Positions 19,701 to 33,900 of a stretch of 64,000 nt of DNA are shown here, piece by piece. The stretch spans positions 27,652,001 through 27,716,000 of the forward strand of contig OZ281498.1 of NCBI GenBank assembly GCA_965637545.1, read 5' to 3'. Positions within the stretch are counted from its first letter, which is position 1, and each line of letters starts with the position of its first letter. This DNA comes from Phallusia mammillata (taxonomy: Eukaryota). The translations under genes and the position numbers were made by a program. The notes under the pieces were generated by a model. That model did not search any database, was not told the DNA's origin, and saw nothing but the letters and a program-made list of their open reading frames with translations.

Positions 19701-21638
19701 ACGGAAAATCGCGGTTTAAAATTCGGAATAAAAATATAACGAAAAAATTTGTTAGCACTGCGGGGTTTGAAAATAAAATGTTTTGCCTCAAACTAACGAC
19801 TTAGATAAGCCCTACAATTATTTGTCAGTTCCCAAGTCATTACCTTAACTGTAACATTACATCTGTAAGCTCCTTTAACCGTAAAATTAAACTGAAACTT
19901 TTTGGCCCTGGCGAATTCCTTGCCCCACTAACCATCCCTAATCATAACTTCAGTTCAAACACGCTTCACACAGTAATGCCGCGGTAAATTTATGTTCCTA
20001 ATCCCTACGTTAGCCCAACTGTAGCCCCAATGTCTTTACCGTAGCTCAACCACGGTGAACGACCTCACCTTTAAAACTTTATCATAATTATAATCACAAT
20101 TGTTACATTTTATTTACCGATATCCCGTCTAACAACATTTAATTAGAAATTACACCCGTCTTTTATCATATTAGATGGCCTTGTGTTTGAACCGACTTGT
20201 TTCTGCCAAACTTCCAAATAATTAGAATAATTGAAATCACCCCGTAATTTAGAAACCTTGTTTATTTTTTTGTTTTGTTTTTTACTTTACTTTCTCTATC
20301 TTTCCTTTTTGTTCTCTCTTGTTTTGTTTTTTACTTTTTTATTTTTTTACTTTTTTTTATTTTTTATTTTTTTTTATTTACTTTTTTATTTTTTATTTTT
20401 TTACTTTTTTAAATATATTTATGCCGCATTATAATATGTTGGGTTGTGCACTCCCTTCATATTATGCTTGCGGCAATTAAATTAAACTATAAAAAAGCGA
20501 CCGAATAATTTTAACCTAATCGTAAACGCGCTGCCTAATAAAGATCCGTAGATTTAACCGGTTGACTGCCATCGTTGATGTAGTAAAGGTTAACGAATGG
20601 ATTTATACGAAGAGACGTCATTGAATAACAAAAGTGAGTAGCAGACAATTATTAAATAATAATTTGCACCTAAAAAAAGAATCATCTGTGTTTTTTAGAC
20701 GTTCTCAACGCGGCTGCCAGCGCTTTTCGTGCGCCAGTCTGTTTTCCTCGTTTCGGTTGTAGTTCTGCACCGAACGAGGGTTTCTCTACTGCCTTAGACG
20801 AAACCCATTGCGTGGGTTGACACCTTGACGCGGTGCAATGGCTTTTAAACCAAGATCAACCCGCAGAACTTTAATGCTGTGACAATAAATGAAAAATTTT
20901 CGTCTTTCACTTGTAAATAAAATTGGCGTTCTGTTAACTGGCTTTATTGTGTTTACAATGCAGTAACTAATGCGGTCAAAATATCAAGACAACGTTTAAC
21001 CGATATCCGGACATATTATGTCGGTTAACCGGATAACAAAAGAATGACGCTACACAATTTCGAAAGCCAGGTAGATCTAGCCAATTTGCAGTGAACTACT
21101 TCAATTAAAAAGTACATTAATTGCCTCTTGTGTATGCTTTTAACTAAAGAATTTAAGTAATATTATCCTAGCGAGCGCATGTAGGCTATTGTAACGAATG
21201 TGTTGAATAGTGCAAGCTTTGTAAAGAGATTGAATCAAGAAGCTCTGAATTCATGCGTTTTTAAAGGCGGAACCCCTGTCTGAGGAATTTTTACGATTAG
21301 ATAATGGGAGATGTAAAACAATTGGATGTATCGTGGTTAATCAGGCATTCACTATTGAGGCAGTAAAAGTTAAAAAAGTGCAAACTTGTAATGTGCCGGA
21401 CATAAACATTTGAAAAGAAATTTAATAGATTTATTATTGCCCAGTTAAGCGGAGGCCAAAATAAAATATCCGCATATAACTGCTATCCCGGTATTAAAAT
21501 TTATTGATATTTAAAAAATATCTTGATAAATTATCGGAAATTTGCACGTTGCCGATAAATAATGTTCGTCGTGCATATATGTGATCGCTCATCCAAACAT
21601 AAAAGTGAAACAATTAAAAAACTTGAGCAGGGTGGAAC

Positions 21639-21808
21639 CGGTCACGTCTAAAACTGCGGGCCCACTTGGATCACTTGGCCCGCTTGGCCCAGCACTTCAT
21701 GCAATTGAAAAACTGCGGGCCCGCTGTATCCATTGCTTGTTGCGTCTCTCGCAGGGAAAAATGGGCCAAGTGCTGGGCCAAGCGGGCCCGCAGTTTTAGA
21801 CGTGACCC
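21639..21808. mobile_element. GC-rich MITE with 9-bp TSD (Mutator- or Merlin-like)
   Basis: 24-bp TIR ggtcacgtctaaaactgcgggccc / gggcccgcagttttagacgtgacc; 9-bp direct repeat gggtggaac at 21630-21638 and 21809-21817. Confidence 0.8.
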
Positions 21809-22532
21809 GGGTGGAACTGGAAAAGTTGTTGTTTTTTCTTATAGAAAAGCGTGATTAACTATTGCAAACGACAAAAGTTGTATTTGCCTGAACAAGGCAA
21901 CAACGGCCTAAAAATACAGCAAATTATAATCTGTTATTCACGGTTTTGGACTGATAAAAAGTGATTGCTTTTGTGGTAATAATTCCGTTCCCCTTTTTTA
22001 CACGACAACAGTTTTGGTTGATATGTGAGTATGTGACATCTCCGGTTTAAAGCAAGGTTCGGTGTTTTCTTTTACACCAGTGGTTCCCAAACTATGGTAC
22101 AAGAATATAAAAAGAAATTGACAGAAGTTGCAAGAAGCTCAGTATCAGATTATGCTCTGTGCTTTTTGTGTAACAATTGCTTGTTTGTTTGCTCCAGTGT
22201 TTAGTTGTGTGTAAAGCCTTGTTAATGATCTTTCAAATGCTGTTTAATCCTTTTATAATGGTTTTTATTTTGTATTTTAATCTTAACTGACAATTGACAC
22301 ATGTGAATTAGCATCTGGTAAAATTTCCCACTCTTATGAATATTTTATGCACCAATAACCCAAGATTTCATTCTTCAGTTAGAGCTGCTCAGATATTTGT
22401 TTATGATATATATATGTGTATTGCTCAACGTCATTGGTTCTAAATTCATTCACTATACAAGTTTTCTTTCTATAATGGCTAACAATTTAATGTTTTCAAA
22501 ACACAGGTTTTACTATTTTACCGCTGCAGTAA

Positions 22533-22769
<237 letters not shown>

Positions 22770-22792
22770 CTCCGACACTCGCTCATCCAATC

Positions 22793-24141
22793 ATGACCAT
22801 CCACTTGCTGCATATTTACGACCGAAACGGAAATTCTTTATTTGCGAAGGAATGGAGCAGAAAAAAGTCTTCGAATCTCACAAAAGTTGAAGAACAAAAA
22901 TTACTTTTTGGGATGATCCATTCAATTAAATCTTTTGTAACAAAGATGTCTCCTAAAGATGGGTAAGATTTTTATCACCAAAATAAACATTTTTTTTTGT
23001 GTAAAAATGAGGTTTTTGGTGTCAGGATGTTTTTTGTTGTATGCAATATATTTACCAAATAATCAGTGGTGGGATTCAACTGGTTCGCACCAGTTCTATA
23101 GAACCGTCTCACAAAATTTTATGAGATCAGCGAACCGGTTAGCATTACTGGTTACTGTCAATGGATTTTTGTAACAGAACTGGCTGAAAAATATGACTTT
23201 TGTGTTAGAACTGACTGAAAATATGACTTTTGTTATAGAACCGGCTGACAAAAAATTGAATCCCACCACTGCATATAATGGAACCAAACTCATTTAAAAC
23301 TTTGTGTTAACACTAGCAATTATTTTTTTCTTTCAGGAAGATTACTTACATTGAAGCAAATGTACAACAAATTGATGTTTTTGTGTTTCAGCAAAGAAGG
23401 TTTCATTAGTTACACAACAAGCCGCTACAAAATTCATTTCTATGAATCGCCAACTGGTTTAAAATTTATTCTCCTCACTGATATCTTCGTGGGAAACATT
23501 CGGGAAACCATGAAGAAGCTCTACAGCTCAGTAAGTTGTTGTTTGTTTAATTGCAAAACCACTTCAATTGCCAATTCAGACTATGTAACCTTGATCAGAT
23601 TACAATGTTACAATGTGCTTCATGTTGCAATATCCTACTTAAACTTATTTAAAAGCTGACAGTTAGGGCTATTAGGGTTGGGGTAAGAGTTTGTAGTTAC
23701 AGTAACATAACAATTTGTTCTCAAATGCCCCTTTAAGGCTTAATATTCACACACACACATCAACATGCTGTATCGTGAGGTGTTTCATACCATGTAAGGA
23801 AAAAACAGATACAGTGGTGTGAATAGTAGACTGTATTTTCAGGGAGCCATGTTATAACATCTGAAGATATATATATATGAAATAGAATAAAGTGTGAAAT
23901 AAAAATCAACCAGCAATGTTTCTTAATCTGAACGTTTGCACCAAAACCCAAGTGCTATTTACAAAGCACAGCAAACAATTAAGTTGGGCTACTAACATAT
24001 AAATTTTTTTTCCAGGTATATGTTGAGTTTGTCGTTCGCAATCCCCTGTGTCCCTTAAATGAACCAATTCGAAGCTCCTTATTTGAAACCAAACTGGAAA
24101 CATTTATGACCGGACTTTCTTTCTTCGAAGACTCAAATTGA
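22793..24141 (+). CDS. TRAPPC1: TRAPP complex subunit 1 (Bet5); 3 exons 22793-22962, 23392-23530, 24016-24141
   Basis: Spliced translation MTIHLLHIYDRNGNSLFAKEWSRKK...EEQKLLFGMIHSIKSFVTKMSPKDG|KEGFISYTTSRYKIHFYESPTGLKFILLTD...LYSS|VYVEFVVRNPLCPLNEPIRSSLFETKLETFMTGLSFFEDSN*; GT-AG, phases consistent. Confidence 0.93.
23064..23271 (+). mobile_element. hAT MITE family A copy (TRAPPC1 intron 1)
   Basis: TIR cagtggtgggattca / tgaatcccaccactg; TSD caaataat / catataat. Confidence 0.85.
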
Positions 24142-25004
24142 CTTTAGTTCCTTGTAAATATGTTTGTACTCTTACGTGTTTGTCAAATCTTTCTGCATTA
24201 ACTGCAATAAACTTGAATTGCATGCTTTATAACTTGTGTGTGCTCACAATAAGCTCCTGGCACCAGAGTTATGTCAGGTTGATCCAATGCAGATAATTAA
24301 TGGCAGACACACAACTGAAGTCCAGAAGTTTCTCTGTGGTGGCAATTTTTGCTGCAATATATTCCTGGTGATCTGCTGATTTTTATAAACTTAGCCTATT
24401 GTGTTTTGGAAGTAGGCCTGTTACTGCTTTGTCTTAAAAAATGTTTCATAGCATATGAGACTTAACATGAATACTTGAGCAGGCAGACTTGTGTGTATTT
24501 CCTCCCTAGAAATACGGTCAAATTTATTGTAAACACTTTTTTCTGTGCGACTCCCACAATTCAAGGCTTCCATTGGCAACAAACCCAAACAAACAAAGTT
24601 GCTAGTGTTTTAAGACATTCATGTAAAACATGTCACACAAATTAACTATGCAGTGGTTAAAGACAGTTCAGCAAGCATTTTTATAATGTAATAAACATTA
24701 CAGAACCTTTGTTAATTGCGGTTTGGTACAAAAAACAAACTGAAAATTTTGAATGTGATCAATATATAACAGTCTTTGAATGCGATTAATTTATAACGGT
24801 CAGCTGTAAAAAATGCGAGTCTCCAACAAATCTGTGTTCTTGCTGCATTGCAATATGCCCATGGACAAGATTTTACAAACGATTCCGATATCTTCAAAAA
24901 CTTTGGTTCATACAACTGGCTACAGCAACAATGAGTGCAACTACAGAAAATTCCCGGCACCATAAACAACAAAAGATGATTGTTTTCATGACAGAGACAC
25001 ATTA

Positions 25005-26859
25005 TTATCGCTTCTTTTTCCCGGCAGCAATCGAGTCGTGCAACCCCATGACAAGCTGCTCGAACTTTTCGTACAAAAGTGTGCCGGATTCGTCGAATAA
25101 TTCCCCGACACACTTTGTCATGCTTGTGGTTCGGTTGTCAGTGTTATCTTTCACAGATATGGTCAGTGCGTAATTCTTGTCATACCTGTAACGCAAGACA
25201 TTGTTTAATGATTTATAGTCAAACAACTGGCATCTGTGAACAGATGGTGGTTGTAAAAATGTATTCAACTAGTCATAAAAAATGTGCTAGTACAGAAAAT
25301 GTCCCAAAACACTAATGCTCAACTGACGATACCAGCTACATTTATTGACTTATTACAGCAATAACTTACAGCACATTTGAATTAGTCCCTGGGAGACCGG
25401 CTGATTCCGTATGACGCCATTAATAGGCCTGGCGTACTATGATTGTTAACATATGACTAAGTGTGCTGCAAGTTACAGCTGTGATCTGTCCCCCCAAACT
25501 CATTTGGGATTGCTCTAGTCTAAATCTGTGTATGTAAGAAAGAAGAACTAACTCAGGGGTGATCCCATTGATTAAAGTTGTGCGGCCCGCAGAAAAACTT
25601 GGATTTCAAATGTACTGGCAAACGAGTCAAATTATTAAATTTTTTTGAGCAGATTAGTGCGCCCGGTGCAATTTTTCTGCCATCTGACAATATATTGCTA
25701 GAATTAAATGTGAATTTTACTTGTAGTATAAGGCATTTTTGGTATGCAACAAAGTAAAATTACTTTGTGTTATATAAAGGTGCAGCCCGCGATCTAATCA
25801 TCACAATTGTATTTGGCCCAACAGTGACAAAGGTTGCCTACACCTGAACTAACTTACAACAATGCGGACAAACCTGGCCATAGCTGATGAAAGAGTCCAA
25901 ACAATATCAGGTTCTGTTCCAACTGGATCCTTTTGATGGGCGACCAAGAAAACATTCTTCTCACGAAAGTTTGCATGCAAGGTTAAAACTCCCATCAGAA
26001 TGAAATAGAAACACTGCAAAAAAGTTGTGGGTTTGTTTAAAATTCTAGCTTGATCCATTTTAAGTTAATCGAAGATATACTAGTTGGTAACATTCTGATT
26101 TCACAAACTATTCCTTGCAGGTGACTGAAATATTCTCTAATTAATTCAGCAAAACCTAGACATGTATAAACTAGAGATGGCTTGGCTAATGCCACCTCCA
26201 AAACTTTCTTTACGAATTACAGGTTACAGTTTTGGATTGAGCAAAACAGCAAAAATGAATCCTTATTTACCACACAGAGTATAAGAACAGGTTTCGATTC
26301 TGGGAACGGATGTAGAAAGTCCCACAACAACGCAAGCAAAGCGAACAAGACAGCAGTTGTGCAGATGCCCAACCTCGTGTCAATCAACCCAAAGTTTTCC
26401 TCATAGCCAAGATTCAAAAGCACCTGAAAAGTTCACTTGTTGATTTTGTAGTAGTTGATATGAAAAAGCATTCAATTTGGATTCCAGTATTTTCTTTGGG
26501 TCAATTTACAAGCTGAACTTAGCAAAGGTAAGACGTTGTTGGGCGCAAGAAAGTGGATGGCACAATTGGTGGATGATGATTAAACGCGCTGCAGCTACTG
26601 AGCTACAACGTAAATATACATTTTGCTGAATTTGAAATAAATATAATTATACAGCAAGGGAAATTTCGAGTCCTCATTGAAACTCTATCTTGGATTAAAC
26701 CTATGTGCTATGTTTTATATTACTTTAAATACCACGTCCCGTGTTCTGGTCACATAATTATAAAAGATTAGGTACCTTTTTTGCAGCATCGTCCATCGCT
26801 ATTCTCACAGCATTTTGGTCCCATTTGTCGACTTTGATTGGTTTATCTTCTTCAGACAT
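25005..26859 (-). CDS. SPCS2: Signal peptidase complex subunit 2 (SPC25); 4 exons
   Basis: [28 protein letters not shown]|[51 protein letters not shown]|[32 protein letters not shown]...LSSAMAR|[13 protein letters not shown]...[31 protein letters not shown]. Confidence 0.93.
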
Positions 26860-27951
26860 GATTCAATGTCGCAGTAAGTATTATTTACTTAATCCTAAAC
26901 AAACAAAACAAACGAGTTATGCCACATGACATGTGCAATTTCAATCAATGAATTACCGCGCCACGCATGACTGATTTCGCTTTCCGACAGCCAATCAGAT
27001 CATCGTACGCATCCTTGCGGGAAGAAACACTTTAAATGTACTGGATTTCTTGTTATATCTACTGTGTTATTGTGTGCTGTGTTTTTAAACATTATTAATC
27101 ATTTCACTTGTAAAACGTTTATCAAAAAGATAAACAATACCCGATATAAAAGTTACATCTGAGTTTAAAAAACATTTGCTCAGTAAATTAAGAACAAAGA
27201 AAATGTCACAAAAGTGATTTTTGCTCATCAAAAGTCTCAAGCAACTGCCGCTTGTTTTGTTGCCTAGCATGTGACAAAAAAACGAGTCATATCATACATT
27301 TCTTGGTTAAGTGCTGCTTAAATGTTTCAGTTTATTAGGTTTCTTGCCTATAACTAATGCTTGTTATTGCTGTCATGTTGTTGTACTTAGTTTTCTGCGT
27401 AACTTCCATATTTAACTAAAAGATCCTACTTTCATTTTAAGAGAAACTTTATTTTGACAATATTGCACAAAATCATTGATATGAACTGAAACATGAAACA
27501 GGCACTAATTGCACATGACAGAAATAATCATACACATATGAGTAAGTTGCTACGGGCAACAAATCACTTAAATCCACTATTATCATTATTATGTTAAAAT
27601 CATCACATGGTGGGAGTATATCGGCATTATATGAAACAATAGTTGTATGTAGGAAAATATACTCGGGCACAGTTACATGACATTGCATAAAAACTCTCGA
27701 CAGTAACAAATCACAAAATCACAGTTGCTACAAAAGTTGACTGGTTTGGATTAGATTAAAAGTTTTATATGACAAAGTAAGCAATGAAATTCTCTACTGT
27801 GATGGATGCAAAACAGTAAATAAATATTTTCAGCATTGTAAACATGTAAGCCGCTAAATATGCTCCCAAAGTATTGAACAGGTGAGTCACTCCGGACTTT
27901 GTGTTTTGACGGATTGACAAGCTGTTTTGCTGTTTTTATTTCATTCGGATC

Positions 27952-30900
27952 TCATCTTGACCACCACCACTTCTTATTTACCTGCTGAAAATACATACAA
28001 CATTTTTCACCTAATCAAACATCAGTCAAAGTTATGTTAATTCCATGAATATAAGGTTATTGCCAGGCATAGTTTCAGTAGTGGAATTCAAGTTCTGTTA
28101 CAAAAAGTCCATTGACAGTAACCCGTAATGCTAACTGGTTTGCTGATCTCATAAAATTTCGTGAGACCGTTCTATAGAAACGGCTGAATCCCACCACTGC
28201 ATGGTTCATAAACTGTCCTTTTGATCAACCAAACAGGGTAAACATGATAGGTTTGGTGTATAAGAATGATTATGCTGGGTAGTTACAATTACCCTGCTGA
28301 AGATGCACCAAATGAAATGTTGGAAACTCATATGAGTCAAATATAATTGACAGTTTAAGTCAATTCTTATTAAAGTATCTTTTTTGGCCCCAACAAATTA
28401 GTGCTTGCAATCATAATGGCCCAACATTCGTTACGGTAACATGTTGATTGTTTTAGGTGGACCTAATTGTGTAAATTATTGTGTTGTGTCCGAAGTAAAC
28501 AGTAAAATCAAATGAATTGTTTTCTTACCTCGTCATTCAACGAATTGGAGCTCTTGCTTCAGTGAAACAAAAACAATTAGAAATTAAATCATTGTATTTG
28601 AGATCATTTTGGCAAACATTCATCGTGCACAATTAAAAAATCATTACAGTAACTCATAAAAATCATATTTGACCATTATCATTAGCTGCAAAACTTTATT
28701 ACATAAATTGGCTGCCAATTTTTCAAAATTAAGATAATTGTTCAATCTTTTAGGTTTCTGCATTGAAATTATTGTTTGCAAACTACGATATTTATCAAAA
28801 GTGTTATTACCTGGCTATACCTTGTGGGATAAAAAGGAAATCTGTGGGAATGAATTACCTGGCTATATCTTGTGGGATAAAGAGGAAATCTGTGGGAATG
28901 AATTGTTTCAGCTCTGTGTGGTTTTTAACATTCTTGGTTTTCTTAAAAACCTTTCGGCTGCAAAAAAGGTTTGTTTTTAGAAAAACTGTCAACCGGATAT
29001 CGAAGTGATAAACAGAATAAATGCAACTGTACATGGGTATAACTTGTTTAAACTTTTAAGTTTATAGAGTCGCCTACCTGTAAAGGACATCGAAACGTCG
29101 GAATAAAAATACATTTGCCCGAAGAGCTCTATAAACTTGACATTATGCCTGGCAGCAATAGCTTATGTATTGTTTAAACTTTATGACAAAGTTATTTGAT
29201 TTTTTGACAAAGCTTGTCTTGTGATGATGCTTGGGAAAATTACTGACACCCACCAGATGATTGTTTATGGAAAGTGAGTTTCAATTCGTATTCCATTACT
29301 ATTTGTTACCATTAGAGCTATTACATTGCTGTGACCAGTTTGAATTGCGATAATACTAAATCACAACTACCACACAAGCAAAGGTGTATGCTTTAAAATG
29401 ACTATTTAAAGTAGCATGTACAAACTACGTTACAAGAACAATAGCAGTTTGACTTAATGTAAAATCCACTTTCTTTGTTTATATATAAGAATTGTTTCGT
29501 TTACCTTAGAAACATTCTTGTCAGGCCAGTGAGTGTTTTGAAGTAAAACGAAGACTGAACGACGTAAAATCCCTTTAAATTCTTGCGCAGATGATACGGA
29601 ACCTGCAGATGAGACTTCTTCAGCCAGGATGTGCTGGGAAAATGATTTTTCGACACTGACCCGTTGAAAAACACAACCACGTAATCCTGATGTTGTACGA
29701 GAAGTTCCAACGTTGAAACCAGGTACCTTAAATATTACAACAATGTTTCTAAGCAGATCTTTCACAATACAGTACACCTCCGTGAAACAGCATACGCTTA
29801 ATTTGCATCTTTGCCTAATTTGAAAAAAACATAACTTGAGGTACAAATGATTTGTACTGTGGTGGGGCTATAACTAATCAACATCAGCTAATCCAGATCT
29901 TCACTAATTGCTTGTTTTTATTGGGTTCGGATTAAATGAGCTTCAAATATTCTATTGTGTTGTCAATAATAACTAGAAGGGTGGCTTAGCACATTTTACT
30001 ATAGCATATACACTACAACCTATTCTGCAAACTGTAATATATTCTCTATATTTATTTATATTGGGTCCCATATTAGCCAACATTTTTTATAATCTTGATT
30101 TGTTTCTGCAGGCAGAAACTCATGGGTCCCCAAAACCGCAAAGTTGTAAACAGACAACCATAAGAAACGGTGCTATAAAGTCAAACACAGTGATTGGTAG
30201 TGTTCCTAAAAAAAAAGTTATGTAAAGTACAAACTGTCTAAATCTCATGCAATTGAGACATTGTTATAAGTTTGTGTGCCTAAATAGCATAAAACACTGA
30301 CATCTCAAAATGGCATATTACACAAACTGTCAAAATGTATTGTTGATTAATTCACCCATTTTGGGGGGTTGGTAGGGTAAATAATAGGGCTGCAGGGTGA
30401 AACACAATATTCGACAGCTACAAATGCCAAATTCATAAAACTATCAAAAATTCATCCAAATCGGACGTTTTTTAAAAAATAGGTGACTTAAGCAGTAAAT
30501 ATTGGGCTACATGGTGAAACACAATAATCGACGCCCTAAAATGGCATAATGAAGAAACTGTCCAAATTTCATCCAAATCAGACATTGTTTAAAAAATCAC
30601 CCATTTTAGGGGTCTACTGGGGTAAATATTGGGGCTACAGTGTAAAACACAACAAACGATGCCCTAAAATGGCACAATGAACAAACTGTCCAAATTTCAT
30701 CCAATTCGGACGATGTTCAAAATTTACCCATTTTAGGGGGCTAGTGGGGTAAACACTGGGGCTATCGAGTCAAACAAAACAAATGGCACATCTACATAAT
30801 TATATCTACCATCTGTGAAAATTTCATCCAAATCCATCAAACATTTCAAGGCAAAACGAGGTGGACAAACTTTGGGGAGAAGAAAAAAAAAGAAAAGAAA

Positions 30901-33900
30901 AGAAAACAAATCGAGTAAAATCAATATGTGTCCCCTTCAGGGAAGGGGACCCATAATAAGTTTTACTCACAGAAAGAGATTGTCCATCACCCAAATGTAG
31001 TTGGGAACACTAGAGTCAGGAAGATATCGACCAAATATTTCCACGATAGCTTGCTTTTCCTTGTAAAATCCTGTTAAAACATGAAGTATTGTACAAGTAT
31101 TGTAGGCTTTACTAATTTAGGATGATTAGCTCAAATGTTTAAACTAGTGATTAATATTGTGCTGCTACAGTTTTTACTACCAAACAAAATGACTCCTCTG
31201 TAAAAATAGTTACATAGTTTATACTTCAGTGTTAAGGTTAATGACACGGTCACACAGAGTTACATTCTACCTCCATGGGAGATGACTCGTTTGTAATTCT
31301 GAATTGCTCTCCCGTCAATCCTGTAGTCTTCGTTTCCAATAACAACATTTTCCCAAACAGGATCTTCCTTCATTGTTGCAGGAATCGTGGGAAGCAAGAT
31401 TTCTGGGTCTGTTTTCTCACCATTGCTGGAAGCTGCAGAGTAACATGGGACATTACAATGTTGAAAGAATGAAGAAGTTACACAAACTAACCTGCTGCTG
31501 AAGAACTGTTTGAACCGATGCTTGGTGCAGATGGTCCATCAACTGAAACAAAAAAGGACGAGAAGGAACTGATACGAGTGTGTAATAATTTTCTTAGTTT
31601 AATAAATTGACTTAAACCATGGACAGTAATAGATGCCTTAAAAACATCTTATAATGCATTACATCTAATTCTGGAACTAGCAATAACTAAAACCCATTTT
31701 CATCGAAAACAGAATTTATTGTTTTTACCAATATACTCGTAAATAAATACAGAAACTTTGAACTGTTAAAATATTAACAGGCTATTGCAACATGCCAATT
31801 TTTTTTAATTGTGTTGTTATGTTGTATCACCATGCTACACAACAATTTTATAAACTGTACCTTGTGTTTCCTGTGTAGGGGTTTGAACATTAATGTCATC
31901 GAGAGCAATTGAGAGGACCAGAGATGATGGAGGAACAATTGATCTTCGTCGTAAAGAGGAAGTTGGTGAGACCGTCTCGTTTGTTGCATCCCGGTCATCT
32001 GCGTCGTTCTTTAGATCAATGCTCACCAACTCGGCCTTGGCTGAAATCCAAAGGCAATTTTGTTTTTAGTTTATTCATTTATGCGACCTGTTTATTCACA
32101 AACAGAGGAATCTAAACAGTTGCACAAATAATTAAATTATGCTATAATCCATATCATTTTTTTAACAAATGGATTTCTGTATTGGATTCTTCTGTATTTT
32201 TTCTATTCTGAATTTCTTCCTAACATGGTAAAATTAGTCTGGGTAAAATTATAGTTCGTACAATTTTATTTCCAGCAAACATGGTCATACCTGCGTTGAA
32301 CTGTTCCTGTGTTTCATTTTCATCCTCTGAGGAGTCGGTCAACATATCAATGCTTCCAATAGTGTCGTATCTCACACGATTTGTTTCTCTGAAACCAAAA
32401 CAGGTGAGATATTTAATTGAGTTATATGTTTCTGACTACAGGATTTTAGTTAATAATTATTTTGCTCATCAACTTATTTGGACATAACCAAAGCCAGAAA
32501 TCAGCAAAAGTTTAAAAAGCCAACTCTATAAACTATTCAAATGTCCGTTTAAGCAAAGACATAAATATGACAAGACCAGTGGTGGGGTTCAGCCGGTTCG
32601 CACCGGTTCTATAGAACCGTCTCACGAAATTTTATGAGATCAGCGAACCGGTTAGCATTACTGGTTACTGTCAATGGACTTTTTGTAACAGAACCGCCTA
32701 AAGATGTGACTTTTGTGATAGAAACGGGTGACAAAAAATTTGAATCCCACCACTGGACAAGACCACCATTCATATTCAGCATTTAAGTGTTATTTCACCT
32801 TGTAAATTCTTGTTCTTCTTCTGTGTTTGTTCCAGCCTCATCTGGTTGCAGATGCAATTTCTTCAAAGGTTTTACTGAAACTGGGTCGGCAAAAATCTGA
32901 TCGCCCACATTCAGGTCCTGGAATGAGTTGGTAGGGACACGATATATCTGATCTACATGTTCACTTGTGGCCTCATCTGTCACTTGCACCAGATCAGCTT
33001 GGTCATGCGTCTTGGCATCAGATTCTTCTGTTGCCAGTTCAATTTTGTCAGCAATATCTGTTATCAACTGAGGGTTGTTGTCTATTTCACCAGTGAAAGA
33101 AAAGGGATCAAAATCACCTGCTGCAGTAACGTCAGATTGAACCACATCTTCCAGCTGCTGTTCTGAATTGACATGATTATCAACCAGTACCTCTTGAACC
33201 TCAGTGGTGTCTTGATTTTGTGCACCAGCCTCATCAACATGAACATTGTTTGGAGCATTCAATAGACTTCCCTCGTTGGTTGTGAAATCTTGATTTTGTA
33301 TTTCAACCTCATGAACAGCTCCTTGAGTATAAGGCACACTCTCCTCAACTGTGGTGGAATCTGGTCCTTTCTCACCAAACAGAGATTCATCAATATGACC
33401 TGGAAGAAGATTAACTTCAGTTGTCACTTCAACATCTGACACCTCCTTGAGTGGAACTGTTTCATCAAGTTTAACTGGGATATTTTGTTCTTCAAGTTCT
33501 GCAGCATTTTCTGTTTGTTCTAACACAATTTCCTCGATGCCTGTAGAATGTAGTTCTTGTTCACCAAACAGGGATTCATCAACTACTACTCGTTTATTTT
33601 GTTTGTCGGATTCTGTACAACTTTCATTGTCATCAGGCTGCAAATTTATGGCTTTGTCAACTGGCATTCCATCTTCTGGAACACTTGTTTGTGACTTTAT
33701 ACTGGTCACCATACTCTCTACTTGGTTTGCAGGGGTCAGGCTGTCTATAAGTTTTGTGTCAGTGTTGGGATTTCCATTATTCAGTGCCACATCATCACTA
33801 GCAGGAGCTTCAACCAACACAGCAATGTTTTCCCTTTCCAGCATAAAGTCAGCTATCATTGGTTTGAGTAAATTATTTTCATCCATCAATTTTTCTGCAT

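Noticed and set aside
20231-20434. Phe/Leu-rich membrane-protein ORFs here and at 16973-17241
   Set aside because: Products of T-rich low-complexity tracts
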